Assembly (NCBI GenBank): GCA_016215315.1
Contig: JACRKG010000054.1
Span: 1-64,000 of the forward strand
Direction: 5' to 3'
Length of the DNA: 64,000 nt
Source of the DNA: Candidatus Woesearchaeota archaeon
GTDB taxonomy: Archaea; Nanobdellota; Nanobdellia; Woesearchaeales; ARS49
Shown: positions 8,875 to 18,680 of the stretch, piece by piece
Layout: each line of letters begins with the position of its first letter
Numbering within the stretch: the stretch's first letter is position 1
Notes under the pieces: model-generated
Told to the model about the DNA's origin: nothing
What the model saw: only the letters and a program-made list of their open reading frames with translations
Database searches by the model: none
Position numbers and translations under genes: made by a program

Positions 8875-9051
8875 TCAATTTTCCTGCATTTCTTTCGGTA
8901 ACAGAATTGGTATTCCTTCTCTTATTGGAAAAATAAACTTGCATTTATTGCATTGTAGTCCTGTTTTGTTCTTTGTATAACTTAAATCCCCTTTATCATC
9001 AGGGCAACAAATCATATCATAAAGCTCTTTTGATAATGGCTCATTTATCAT
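8875..9051 (-). CDS. Trm112/UPF0434-family small protein (58 aa), missed by the 60-aa ORF cutoff
   Basis: Manual translation gives MINEPLSKELYDMICCPDDKGDLSYTKNKTGLQCNKCKFIFPIREGIPILLPKEMQEN. The Trm112/YcaR signature is present: L-x-C-P-x-(C)-x-G-x-L ... L-x-C-x-x-C ... FPIREGIPILL. Confidence 0.7.
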   Translation of the reverse strand: MINEPLSKELYDMICCPDDKGDLSYTKNKTGLQCNKCKFIFPIREGIPILLPKEMQEN

Positions 9052-9116
9052 TATCTTGTAAAAATATAGTTATTTTAAAAAGTTTGTTAACCATTTCTAA
9101 AAACAATTAAGAACGT

Positions 9117-10046
9117 CTATCCTTCAACGTGTTTAACTTTTATTTCTCCTTTAACTGTGTTTGAGTAATCATAATCTATTGTTATGTCTATTGGTTTTTC
9201 GTAATCTCCTAAGTCTTCTAGTGTTTGAGTGCAACTAATTGCTTTCTTGTTCTCATAAAGTGTTACTGTTCCACCAGCGCTAGTTCCTGATAAATCATTT
9301 AGTCCAGTGCATCTTAATCCTGGAACACCACTATCGACTTTTACGTAAACTTTGTTTTGTTTTCTGTCTCCTTCACAATCACTATTCTTTTCGTATAAAC
9401 TTCCGTCTCCTACGTGTACTAAGTCGAAATAAATTCTTAGTTTATCTTTTCCTTGAACTGATTGCTTAACGTTTTGAACGTGAACTGTTCCTCCAGAATT
9501 CTGTACTGGTTTTACTTCTTCTAATGCACAAATGCCATTTTCTGCAGGAGTCAATAAGTTTTCTCTTACACACATTTTTGTTACTGCTTTTGTTTCGTAT
9601 AAATAACAAACCTCTGCAACCAATGGTAAACTTACAACATTGCCTTGTATTTGTGTTATATGATTTAGTTCTTTAAACTCAACAAATACTGGTTGACTAT
9701 CAATAATATCTCCACTTTCTAAAGTTCTCATTGCTTCTAATCCTTCTTCAGGATGTAATGATAATTGATCTTCACTTTTTCCAAACTGTTGTGGTTGAAC
9801 TCCTTTGAGTTTTACAGTTACTTTTTCTCTCTCAACTTTAGTCTCTCCATTATTCTTTAATTTTACAACAACATCAAAAGGATCATTACCACCGTCATTA
9901 ACTTCAGTTCTTAATTGATCAAATGTAGGAACTATTCCTTGAGTTCCTCCAATGAATGGCTTAATTTTTAGTTCAGTATTTTCTGAAGGAGTACAAGCTA
10001 CTATTAATAGTAACCCAATAATTAATAAAATACCTATTTTTTTCAT
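9117..10046 (-). CDS. secreted lipoprotein, paralog 1 of 3
   Basis: Signal peptide with a lipobox-like IVAC. Shares the block CY-x-Y-x-T-x-A ... C ... P ... C ... G ... V-x-NV with the next two genes. Confidence 0.6.
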   Translation of the reverse strand: MKKIGILLIIGLLLIVACTPSENTELKIKPFIGGTQGIVPTFDQLRTEVNDGGNDPFDVVVKLKNNGETKVEREKVTVKLKGVQPQQFGKSEDQLSLHPEEGLEAMRTLESGDIIDSQPVFVEFKELNHITQIQGNVVSLPLVAEVCYLYETKAVTKMCVRENLLTPAENGICALEEVKPVQNSGGTVHVQNVKQSVQGKDKLRIYFDLVHVGDGSLYEKNSDCEGDRKQNKVYVKVDSGVPGLRCTGLNDLSGTSAGGTVTLYENKKAISCTQTLEDLGDYEKPIDITIDYDYSNTVKGEIKVKHVEG

Positions 10047-10085
10047 GATCTAACATAAACTAATCAGTTACATATATAAAATTTT

Positions 10086-11009
10086 CTATGGTACGTGTAC
10101 TATTTCAACATCTCTGAATGCAGTTGTTCTGTATGCATAATCTAATTTTACTATTAATGGTCTTACTTGCTCGCTTCCTGCGTTCATTGTGTTTACTTCA
10201 CAATTAAAACTTGCACTTCCTCCTTGCAATCTTAAGAAGTTATTATTAATTAGTCCTTTGCATGTTGGTTTTATTGATTCAACACCAACAATAACATCAG
10301 TTACTTCAACAAAGTCTAATTCATTAAAATCAAGCTCTTTTTGTGCGTAAGGACTACATTGAGGCATTGCATCTCTTCTGAATACATCTCCACCACCAAC
10401 ATTACTTACACGAATAGTAAAAACAGTTTTACCTTTTCTTGCATCAACATTAACATTACCAACTGCAATAGGTCCACCTTGAGTTCCTAGACCAACACTT
10501 GCGGGAATACAAGCTTTCTTTTCAACACCCCTAGTAAATGGGTTGGGATCTATGCAAACAATTGTTTCAGCAATAGTTTGGTAGCCATAACAAGCTGTTG
10601 CTAACGTCTTAAAGGGATATTTTGATACAGATAATGGATTTATACTTAAAACAAATTCTACAAAGTCTCTGCTACTTGTTGTTGGCGTGTATGCTGTTTT
10701 TCCCTCGAGATTAGGAATTTGTTTTCCATTAAAAGCACCATCCAAAGGTTGAACAATATTATGATCGAAACCTGACAAGTATATTTTATCCAATTGTTTT
10801 CCTACAGAATAAGCGCCTAAATTTTGTACTTCAATTAATACGCTTGCTCTGCTTTCATCGTCATAAATCTTTAAAGGAGGCTGGTTTGTGACAAAATTAA
10901 TGTAAACTCCCTGACTTCCAGTACGAAAACTAGTAGGCTCTCCAGGCCCGGTTGTAGTACACGAAATAAATATAGCCAAAAAAAGCAGCAATAATATGAT
11001 TTTTCTCAT
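10086..11009 (-). CDS. secreted lipoprotein, paralog 2 of 3
   Basis: Signal peptide MRKIILLLLFLAIFISC. Conserved block ACYGYQTIAETIVCIDPNP. Confidence 0.6.
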   Translation of the reverse strand: MRKIILLLLFLAIFISCTTTGPGEPTSFRTGSQGVYINFVTNQPPLKIYDDESRASVLIEVQNLGAYSVGKQLDKIYLSGFDHNIVQPLDGAFNGKQIPNLEGKTAYTPTTSSRDFVEFVLSINPLSVSKYPFKTLATACYGYQTIAETIVCIDPNPFTRGVEKKACIPASVGLGTQGGPIAVGNVNVDARKGKTVFTIRVSNVGGGDVFRRDAMPQCSPYAQKELDFNELDFVEVTDVIVGVESIKPTCKGLINNNFLRLQGGSASFNCEVNTMNAGSEQVRPLIVKLDYAYRTTAFRDVEIVHVP

Positions 11010-11038
11010 TTTTTTATCCTTATTAGTCCTTCTCCTTT

Positions 11039-11938
11039 TTAATTTTTGCTTTCAATTCGTATTTTTTTAGTTATTGTTTGAGCATAACCATAACTTAATT
11101 TAACTGTTAATGGTGAATTATAACTTCCTTCAACACTAGGAATTATTCTTTGCAACTCACAAAACAACTCATCACTCCCATCTTTTAAATTTAATTTGTT
11201 TTTATTACAAACTAACTTTTCATCACTCAATGAAACTTCTACATCAATCACATTCTGCTGTTCTGTGGGAATACTTTTTCCAGTACAAAAATAATTTACG
11301 TAATCAGAACTTATTATTTCTCCCTTATCTAAATTTTTAATGGTGATGATATATTGAGGTCTTACCCCGTTTTTTTCAATAATCATCCTAGGAACGATAT
11401 TTGTTACACCTATGGGTGCTGCTTGGCCTGCACTGAATGATTGAGGATTTACCGTGCAAACCTTTTTTTCTTTACTAGAAGGATTTGAATCGATGCAAGT
11501 AATAATGTTTGCTTTTGTTTCATAAGGATAACACAAACTAAACGATAAAACACTATTAATTCCTTCCTGACTCCCAACACTTTTAGCTTTTCCTTCAACA
11601 ATTATTTGTGTTTGATCTCCGTAAGGTCTTTCTAAACTCTTACCTTTAAGATTTATCGTGTCTGTTTTCTTATCTACTTTAATGTATTGTTCTTCTATTC
11701 CTAAAGAATAAACTCCATTAACAACATTACTTGCTCCAGTATTTTCTACAAAAATTCTTATTGGAACAGCAGATTCCTCATAAACATAAGCTGGTGGTGC
11801 ATTATTATCAAAATAAAAATTCAATCCTTTGCTTCCCGTAAATTCGCTACCGCTAAAAATATCTGAAGTGCAAGAGAGAACAAATAAAAACAAAATCGTC
11901 AAAAAAACCGATTTTTTCGAAGAAAAAATCCTACTCAT
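11039..11938 (-). CDS. secreted lipoprotein, paralog 3 of 3
   Basis: Signal peptide with lipobox VLSC. Conserved block CYPYETKANIITCIDSNPS. Its start overlaps the upstream stop in ATGA. Confidence 0.6.
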   Translation of the reverse strand: MSRIFSSKKSVFLTILFLFVLSCTSDIFSGSEFTGSKGLNFYFDNNAPPAYVYEESAVPIRIFVENTGASNVVNGVYSLGIEEQYIKVDKKTDTINLKGKSLERPYGDQTQIIVEGKAKSVGSQEGINSVLSFSLCYPYETKANIITCIDSNPSSKEKKVCTVNPQSFSAGQAAPIGVTNIVPRMIIEKNGVRPQYIITIKNLDKGEIISSDYVNYFCTGKSIPTEQQNVIDVEVSLSDEKLVCNKNKLNLKDGSDELFCELQRIIPSVEGSYNSPLTVKLSYGYAQTITKKIRIESKN

Positions 11939-13473
11939 TTTTTCACCACAACTTGTGTTTTTTCGCTTAGTTCATAGTCATAAATGGTTGTTGTTTTGAA
12001 AAAATTTGTCGTATAAGGTTGATCTTTAAGTATTTCTTCTGCATCGCCTTCAACTCTTAAACTAAAAACAACTGGTTTTCCCTCTAAATTTTCTGGCAGA
12101 ACACCGAGTCCTTCACCAGTTATTTCATAAACTTTTTCCAAACTATCATCACAAAGATTTCTATCTTCTTGAGGTAAATCTAAGCAAGTAACTTTTTTAA
12201 TTATCCTTCCTTCACCCTGTAATCCTGAAATTCCAGTTACAGTAAATCCTTTTGGCATTACAAAGAACATTTCTTTTATTGTTTTTAATTGTCCAGACCA
12301 AATATTTGTTAATCCCACATCGAGTTTTAAACTAACTCTACTTTCATCAGCATCAAGACCAACTGGAGGACTTCCAATATCCATTGAAACTCTTAATGGC
12401 CCCGGTGTATAAACCGCAATAAAATCGCTGCTGAAAAAATTATAAACTTTTAAAGGATCTTTTCCTTGTCTTCTTAATTCAAAAAGAGTGTTTTGATTTA
12501 AGAAAAATCCTCTTAAATAAGAGAGAGTTTTGAAATTCTCAATGTTAACATTTAGTTTAATTTTATGACTCCCCAGTTCCAAATTCGGAAAATTACAATC
12601 AATTCTTTCATCAAATAAACGAACAACCTTCCAAGATTCTTTCAATGGATATAATTCTCCATCTATTTTATCGTCTGCTTTACAATCAATTTTTAGCGTA
12701 ACCTCATTATCAACAACATCTGCTTTAATTCTTCCCTCAATACTTACAGGCATTCCTTCAGTGAAAATACTGGTGGGTATTGGTTTTAGTTCTTCAACAA
12801 AAACTCCCACTTTTCGTTTATTCATTTCGTCAACTTTTGCTTTGTGAGGATCAATTGCGTACTCAATTCTTCCCCAAAAAACATCCCACATGAACGTAAA
12901 TTGGTCACCAACAAAATTCCAAGCATCACCTGCATTATCAACCATTACATCCCACACATACTCCATTGCTAAAGGAGGATAAACTCCCGGATAAATTGCA
13001 TTAAATCCTATCGCTTGAATGTCATTAAAAAAGAATAACGAAGTGGCAACTATCCAAAATAAGAACAAAACAAACCCAATCCACCTAGTATATCTCGATC
13101 TTTCTCCACCAAATACTATTCCTAAATAAATTGCCCATGCAGGACTGAAAGCGATAATTAATGCGACAAAAGCAACAGTTAGCTCATTAAAAGGCAAATA
13201 TTGAAAAAGACTATTTGCCATTGGAGCAATAAAAGAAATAAGACTGATTATTCCAAATTCTCTAATGTAATGACTCGAACTATGCCTTTCACTTTCATCA
13301 AGCAATAAAACTCTTGCTAAAAATATTAGTAATAAATAAACAAAAAGAAAAGGAAAATGTAAGGGAATTCCTCCCCTAATTCTTATTCTTATATCAAAAA
13401 GAAATATTACCAACCAAATTAGTATAAATAACCAAGCACTTCCTCTACCTGTATGTCTAGTACCATTCGCCAT
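11935..13473 (-). CDS. integral membrane protein with large extracytoplasmic domain
   Basis: 512 aa. The first ~200 residues contain about five hydrophobic helices. The remainder is hydrophilic and beta-rich. Confidence 0.55.
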   Translation of the reverse strand: MANGTRHTGRGSAWLFILIWLVIFLFDIRIRIRGGIPLHFPFLFVYLLLIFLARVLLLDESERHSSSHYIREFGIISLISFIAPMANSLFQYLPFNELTVAFVALIIAFSPAWAIYLGIVFGGERSRYTRWIGFVLFLFWIVATSLFFFNDIQAIGFNAIYPGVYPPLAMEYVWDVMVDNAGDAWNFVGDQFTFMWDVFWGRIEYAIDPHKAKVDEMNKRKVGVFVEELKPIPTSIFTEGMPVSIEGRIKADVVDNEVTLKIDCKADDKIDGELYPLKESWKVVRLFDERIDCNFPNLELGSHKIKLNVNIENFKTLSYLRGFFLNQNTLFELRRQGKDPLKVYNFFSSDFIAVYTPGPLRVSMDIGSPPVGLDADESRVSLKLDVGLTNIWSGQLKTIKEMFFVMPKGFTVTGISGLQGEGRIIKKVTCLDLPQEDRNLCDDSLEKVYEITGEGLGVLPENLEGKPVVFSLRVEGDAEEILKDQPYTTNFFKTTTIYDYELSEKTQVVVKK

Positions 13474-13477
13474 TTCA

Positions 13478-14671
13478 TCATTCTACTTTAATCCTTAACT
13501 CAACTACATCAACAGGTTCTACCGGAGTTACTTCAATGTAATTCTTTCCAGGCAATAATAAATCTTGAACATCGCTCAAAACCCACTCAAATTTGGTTTC
13601 TTTTTGATTTATGCTCTTAACTTGTCCGTTAATGTTAAGTTCTAATTCTTTTTGTTTTCCGTCATCAACAAAATCAAGCTGCAAAATAATCTTTTTGAAT
13701 TTATCAAGCAAAACATCCGAGTATAATTGATTATTAATATTGAAGTAAGCTAAGAAAGGCTTTGTTTCTTTCAGCTTCAACAACAATTGTGATTTGCTAA
13801 TATCATAAACTCCTTTAGTTCCTTCAAAGCTTAAAACATTTCTTCCTGTTTTCAAATAATCTTGATAAACGTTTAATTCTAATATATCATCGCATACTGG
13901 AACTGCAGAGTATAATTGTTTGCTATTCAAGGAAACAGTAAGATACCCTGTATTTTTTACATCACAACTAATAAAAAATCTTAATTTTCCTTCCTTCAAT
14001 TCTTGTAATTCTGATTCCTCTAAAGAAAAAGGATTATGACTTATTAGTGCTTCTTTTTCTTCAACAGTAGCAATAATTTTTAAATCACTAATTTGGTATT
14101 CTTGACTCTCAAAAAATCCTCCTTCAACATTAAAAGTCAACTGATTTTTTTCAGCATCCAACATTCCAGGATCAATACTTAATAAATTTGATTGCTGCGC
14201 TCTACCTCTAAAAATTTCGGCACCATTCAATCCGACAACTAAAATTCCATTCTTAGTTGGCGCTTGAAAGCTAATATGAACTTTTGTTAATCCTTCTTTA
14301 GGAACAGAAAAGGGAATTATTTTTCTTAATTCAGAAAACCAACCATGGTAGATTTGAAACGTGTTGACTTCTCGCAATAAAATATCTGGTTTAGTTTCAG
14401 TTAAAACAAAATTAGGAAAATCAATAGTTTTCTCATCATTATTTACAACACTCAAATGGCCAACATTTTCACGAAGCAAAAATTCTCCCACTAAAGGTTT
14501 AACACCAGAACTGCCAGGAGTTCCTCCTGAAGCATCCTCTCCTAACAACTCAATTCTTACATTTGGAGGTAAAAAAACTATGTAGAATATCAATAAAACT
14601 GTGATAAGCATTATTAGTGTTGCAGCACCAGCAGCATCACGTCTTTTACCTGAACTTTTCTCTTCACCCAT
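13478..14671 (-). CDS. membrane-anchored extracellular protein (first gene of the lipoprotein operon)
   Basis: 397 aa with a single N-terminal TM (ATLIMLITVLLIFYIVFLPP) followed by a hydrophilic domain. Lies 4 nt upstream of the next gene. Confidence 0.5.
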   Translation of the reverse strand: MGEEKSSGKRRDAAGAATLIMLITVLLIFYIVFLPPNVRIELLGEDASGGTPGSSGVKPLVGEFLLRENVGHLSVVNNDEKTIDFPNFVLTETKPDILLREVNTFQIYHGWFSELRKIIPFSVPKEGLTKVHISFQAPTKNGILVVGLNGAEIFRGRAQQSNLLSIDPGMLDAEKNQLTFNVEGGFFESQEYQISDLKIIATVEEKEALISHNPFSLEESELQELKEGKLRFFISCDVKNTGYLTVSLNSKQLYSAVPVCDDILELNVYQDYLKTGRNVLSFEGTKGVYDISKSQLLLKLKETKPFLAYFNINNQLYSDVLLDKFKKIILQLDFVDDGKQKELELNINGQVKSINQKETKFEWVLSDVQDLLLPGKNYIEVTPVEPVDVVELRIKVE

Positions 14672-14749
14672 TTTTTTAACCTTTTAATGAATAATTGACC
14701 AATAAATATATATAAATGTTTCTGATTTTTGTTTTAAAACAAAAATCAA

Positions 14750-15787
14750 ATGAAGTTAATCAAATCAGATAGAAAGAAAGGAATAGTAACTATAAAGCCA
14801 GAAAATACTGATGATTTATGGTCTTTAAGTGAATTAATAGAACCAAACGATTTAGTTAAAGGGAAAACTCAAAGAAAAATCAAAGTAAGCGACAAAGAAA
14901 CAATGAAAAAGATGCTTTTTCTATCGATTAATGTAGAACAAGTAGAATTCACAGAAAACGCATTAAGGATTAACGGTAAAACAACTGAAGACAATGAAGA
15001 CGTGGCAAAAGGAAGCTATCACTCATTTGAAGTAGAACCAGGAACAGTATTTACTGTAGAAAAAGAATGGCTAGACTACCAATGGGATAAATTAATAGAA
15101 TCATCACAAGAAAAACCATCAAAAATACTAATAATTGTATTCGACAGAGAAAGCGCAATATTTGCAAAACTAAAAAGACAAGGATACGAAATAGTTTTAT
15201 CATTACAAGGCGAAGTCGTTAAGAAAAGAGTTTCAGAAAAACCCAAACAAAACTTTTACCAACAAATAATTGCAAAAATAAAAGAATACGACGAGAAAAA
15301 CAATTACGAACACATAATTCTAGGAAGTCCATCATTCTGGAGAGAAGAATTAATGGATCAATTAAAAGATGACAAACTCAAACAAAAAATTGCACACGTC
15401 CAATGCTCAGGAGCAGACGAGCCGTCAATAAAAGAAGTACTAAAAAAAGGAGAACTAGAAAAAGTACTAAAACAAGACCGAATAAGCAAAGAGCTAAAAT
15501 TAGTGGAAGAATTATTCTTACAAATATCAAAAGAAGACTTAGCAGTTTACGGACTTAAAGACGTAAAAAAAGCAGTAGAACTAGGGGCAGTAAATACTTT
15601 ACTAATAACTGACGAATTAATAAAACAAAAAAGACAAAACCAAACATTCAACGAACTACAAGAATTAATGCGAGCAACAGAAAAAATGAAAGGAAATATC
15701 ACAATAATAAGCACAACACACGAAGGAGGAAAAAAACTACAATCCTTATCCGGAATAGCGGCAATCTTACGATATAAAGTGGGATAG
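14750..15787 (+). CDS. pelA: protein pelota homolog (aPelota/Dom34, mRNA surveillance)
   Basis: The N-terminal MKLIKSD...GIVTIKPENTDDLWSLSELIEPNDLV segment is typical of archaeal Pelota. Length 345 aa. An eRF1-like C-terminal region is present. Confidence 0.8.
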   Translation: MKLIKSDRKKGIVTIKPENTDDLWSLSELIEPNDLVKGKTQRKIKVSDKETMKKMLFLSINVEQVEFTENALRINGKTTEDNEDVAKGSYHSFEVEPGTVFTVEKEWLDYQWDKLIESSQEKPSKILIIVFDRESAIFAKLKRQGYEIVLSLQGEVVKKRVSEKPKQNFYQQIIAKIKEYDEKNNYEHIILGSPSFWREELMDQLKDDKLKQKIAHVQCSGADEPSIKEVLKKGELEKVLKQDRISKELKLVEELFLQISKEDLAVYGLKDVKKAVELGAVNTLLITDELIKQKRQNQTFNELQELMRATEKMKGNITIISTTHEGGKKLQSLSGIAAILRYKVG

Positions 15788-15850
15788 TTTGTAGTTTACA
15801 GTTTGTGGTTTACAGGACACGTACTATGAACTACAAACCATGAACTATAA
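15787..15850. repeat. Heptamer-periodic hairpin repeat element
   Basis: TTTGTAG TTTACAG TTTGTGG TTTACAGG ... ATGAACTACAAACCATGAACTATAAACC, immediately after the pelota stop. Confidence 0.7.
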
Positions 15851-15932
15851 ACCCAAATCAGAATTGCGGTTGGAATATTACGGGCGTCAAATGGGTGCTA
15901 AGTCTTGTGATGACTACTAAGTTTTTTGTTGT

Positions 15933-16034
15933 AAAAAATTGTCGCAACAATTTTTTTCCCTGTAAAAAATAATTTATCACAATACAAATCTTTAAATACA
16001 ACTAGTTATTACTCCTTAGTAAGCATCCAGTACT
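15933..16034. promoter_or_regulatory. Candidate operator/promoter region of the TrmB gene
   Basis: Perfect 10-bp inverted repeat AAAAAATTGT-cgca-ACAATTTTTT at 15933-15956. TATA-like TTTAAATA near 15991. TACT-N4-AGTA at 16010-16021 and a further TACT at 16031, resembling the TACT-N-AGTA operators of Thermococcales TrmB. SD-like GGGGGTG at 16113. Confidence 0.4.
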
Positions 16035-16126
16035 CTCAGGGGGTAAAAACAATGATCAAACCGAAAGATTTTAATATTAGCGTTATTATTCACTACCTAA
16101 CAGAAAAAAAAGGGGGTGTATATTAA

Positions 16127-16930
16127 ATGGTTGTAAAAGAAGAACTATTAGGAAAATTAAGAAGATACTTCGCACTAAACTTGTACGAAGTAAAAGTATG
16201 GACTGCACTGCTTTCTAGAGGAGTAGCAACAGCAGGAGAATTAAGCGACATTGCTAACGTTCCAAGAAGCAGAAGTTATGATGTTCTAGAAAGCTTAGAA
16301 AGAAAAGGTTTTGTAGTAATGAAACTAGGAAAACCAATCAAATACATCGCAGTTCCTCCACAAGAAGTTGTGGAAAGAGTAAAGAAAAACATGCTTGAAG
16401 AGGCAGATGAAAGAGTAAAAAGATTAGAGAAGTTAAAAAAAACAGATTTAATACAAGAATTAAATTCATTACACACAACAGGACTAAAATTAGTCGAACC
16501 AACAGATTTGGCTGGAAGTCTAAGAGGAAGACACAATCTTTACTCACACTTAGAGCTAAAAATGAGAGATGCAGAAAAAAGCGTAATACTAGCAACAACA
16601 GCAGAAGGATTAGTAAGAAAAGCGGACAGATTAAGACCTTTATTTGAAAGACTAAGCAAAAAAGGAGTAAAGGTTAGAATTGCAGCTCCAATAACAAAAC
16701 AATCAAGAGAACTAGCAAAATCACTAGGAAAATTTGCAGAAATAAGACACACAGACTCAAAAGCAAGATTCTGCGTAGTCGACGGAAAAGAACTAGTTTT
16801 CATGGTAATGGATGACAACGAAGTACACCCAACATACGACGTTGGAGTCTGGGTAAACACTCCATTCTTTGCACAAGCACTAGAAGGAATGTTCGACCAA
16901 TCCTGGAAAGCAATGAAACCAGTGAAGTAA
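16127..16930 (+). CDS. TrmB-family transcriptional regulator
   Basis: N-terminal winged HTH (LYEVKVWTALLSRGVATAGELSDIANVPRSRSYDVLESLERKGFV), then a coiled-coil and a C-terminal TrmB-type domain. 267 aa. Confidence 0.75.
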   Translation: MVVKEELLGKLRRYFALNLYEVKVWTALLSRGVATAGELSDIANVPRSRSYDVLESLERKGFVVMKLGKPIKYIAVPPQEVVERVKKNMLEEADERVKRLEKLKKTDLIQELNSLHTTGLKLVEPTDLAGSLRGRHNLYSHLELKMRDAEKSVILATTAEGLVRKADRLRPLFERLSKKGVKVRIAAPITKQSRELAKSLGKFAEIRHTDSKARFCVVDGKELVFMVMDDNEVHPTYDVGVWVNTPFFAQALEGMFDQSWKAMKPVK

Positions 16931-17000
16931 ATTCTTAATTTTTTTTTCTTTATTTGTTCTTTTATTTTTATTTTGTTTTCAACTTATTTTTTTATTCTAC
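16931..17000 (+). terminator. oligo-T tract (archaeal intrinsic-terminator-like)
   Basis: TTTTTTTTTCTTTATTTGTTCTTTTATTTTTATTTTGTTTT immediately after the TrmB stop. Confidence 0.45.
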
Positions 17001-17176
17001 TAATTTTAAATTTTCTCAGTTCCAGCCGCCAACACTTTCCGTGCACGTTGAGTTATTTAATTCTCTGGCGGCATAGACAAATGATAAAAAATCTAAGAGT
17101 TATTTATTTGCACTTGAAAAAAAACAATCAATAAAGCAAAAACCTTTTAATAACCAACTATTTTTATGGCATAATT

Positions 17177-18679
17177 ATGACTAACAATTCCGAACTCATC
17201 TCAAGCTTGCATCCTTTAGAAAGAAAACTATTACCTCACTTAAAAAAATACTCTTTATTTGAAGATTTAGTAAAAAATTCAGGAATGCAAGAAGTAGAAG
17301 TAATGAGAGCACTACAATGGCTGCAAAGCAAAAACGTTCTAGAAATAAAAACAGAAAGCGAAACAATAGTCTTACTAGACATTAACGGAGAAACATACAA
17401 AAAAGAAGGACTACCAGAAAGAAGACTCATAAAAGCACTGCACGAAGGAGAACTAACACTAAAACAAATAGAACAAAAAACAAAACTATCACAAAACGAA
17501 TTAAGTTCCTGCTTAGGAACGTTAAGAAAAAAAAACTTAATAGAAATAAGAAAAGAACAAGAAATGACCTTGAAATTAACAGAAGCGGGAAAACATTACG
17601 TCTTAAACGAACACTTCCCAGAAGAACATTTACTAAAACGAGAATTTCCATTAAAATTATCTGAATTAAACCAAGAAGAAAAACAAATATTAGAAGAACT
17701 CAAAAGAAAAAGAATTCTATTAGTTGAAGAAAAAAAGAAGAAAACAGCAGAACTAACCAGTCTAGGAAAATCATTACTAAAAGAAGAAATAAAACAAGAC
17801 GTAATAGATTCATTAACTCCAGAAATAATAAAAAAACAAGAATGGAAAAATAAAAATTTTAGAAAATATGATCTCAAAGCAACAGTACCAAAAATCAATG
17901 CAGGAAAACTACAACATTACAAAAAATTTCTTGATGATGTAAGAACAAAATTCACAACACTAGGATTCGAAGAAATGACAGGACCATTAGTAGAATCAGA
18001 CTTTTGGGATATGGATGCGCTATTCATGCCACAAGACCATTCAGCAAGAGACATACACGAAGCATACTACATTAAAGAACCAAAAACAGCAGAAATCGAC
18101 AAGAAAATATTGGAAAGAGTAAAAGCAGCTCACGAAAAAGGCTGGGGATACAAGTTCTCAATAGAAAAAACACAACAAACTTTACTGAGAACACAAACAA
18201 CAGCTTGCAGTTCAAGAAAACTAGCAAGCCCAGACCTAAAAATTCCAGGAAAATATTTTGCAATTGCAAGAAATTTCAGATATGATGTGATAGATGCAAC
18301 ACATCTTCCCGATTTTCACCAAGTAGAAGGAATAGTAGTAGAAGAAGGACTCACACTAAAACACTTATTTGGATTACTAAAAATGTTCGCAAAAGAATTC
18401 GCAGAAACAGAAGAAATAAAATTAGTCCCAGGATATTTTCCATTCACAGAACCAAGTGTAGAATTATTCGCAAAACACCCACAATTAGGGTGGGTAGAAT
18501 TAGGCGGAGCAGGAATATTTAGACCTGAAGTAGTAGAACCACTAACAGGAAAAAAAATAAGCGTAATTGCATGGGGCCTAGGAGTAGACCGATTAGGAAT
18601 GTTCAAACTAGGAATAAAAGATATAAGAAGCCTATTCAGCCAAAACATAGAAGAACTAAGAGAAAGCAAAATAGTATAA
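17177..18679 (+). CDS. pheS: phenylalanine--tRNA ligase alpha subunit, archaeal type
   Basis: 500 aa. N-terminal winged-helix repeats are followed by class II aaRS catalytic-core motifs (FRPEVVEPLTGKK..., GLGVDRLGMF). The beta-subunit gene follows 1 nt later. Confidence 0.85.
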   Translation: MTNNSELISSLHPLERKLLPHLKKYSLFEDLVKNSGMQEVEVMRALQWLQSKNVLEIKTESETIVLLDINGETYKKEGLPERRLIKALHEGELTLKQIEQKTKLSQNELSSCLGTLRKKNLIEIRKEQEMTLKLTEAGKHYVLNEHFPEEHLLKREFPLKLSELNQEEKQILEELKRKRILLVEEKKKKTAELTSLGKSLLKEEIKQDVIDSLTPEIIKKQEWKNKNFRKYDLKATVPKINAGKLQHYKKFLDDVRTKFTTLGFEEMTGPLVESDFWDMDALFMPQDHSARDIHEAYYIKEPKTAEIDKKILERVKAAHEKGWGYKFSIEKTQQTLLRTQTTACSSRKLASPDLKIPGKYFAIARNFRYDVIDATHLPDFHQVEGIVVEEGLTLKHLFGLLKMFAKEFAETEEIKLVPGYFPFTEPSVELFAKHPQLGWVELGGAGIFRPEVVEPLTGKKISVIAWGLGVDRLGMFKLGIKDIRSLFSQNIEELRESKIV

Positions 18680-18680
18680 A

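Noticed and set aside
17020-17090. Short inverted repeat CCGCCA...TGGCGG after the TrmB terminator
   Set aside because: Only a 6-7-bp stem with a long loop. No supporting conservation or promoter. Treated as chance.
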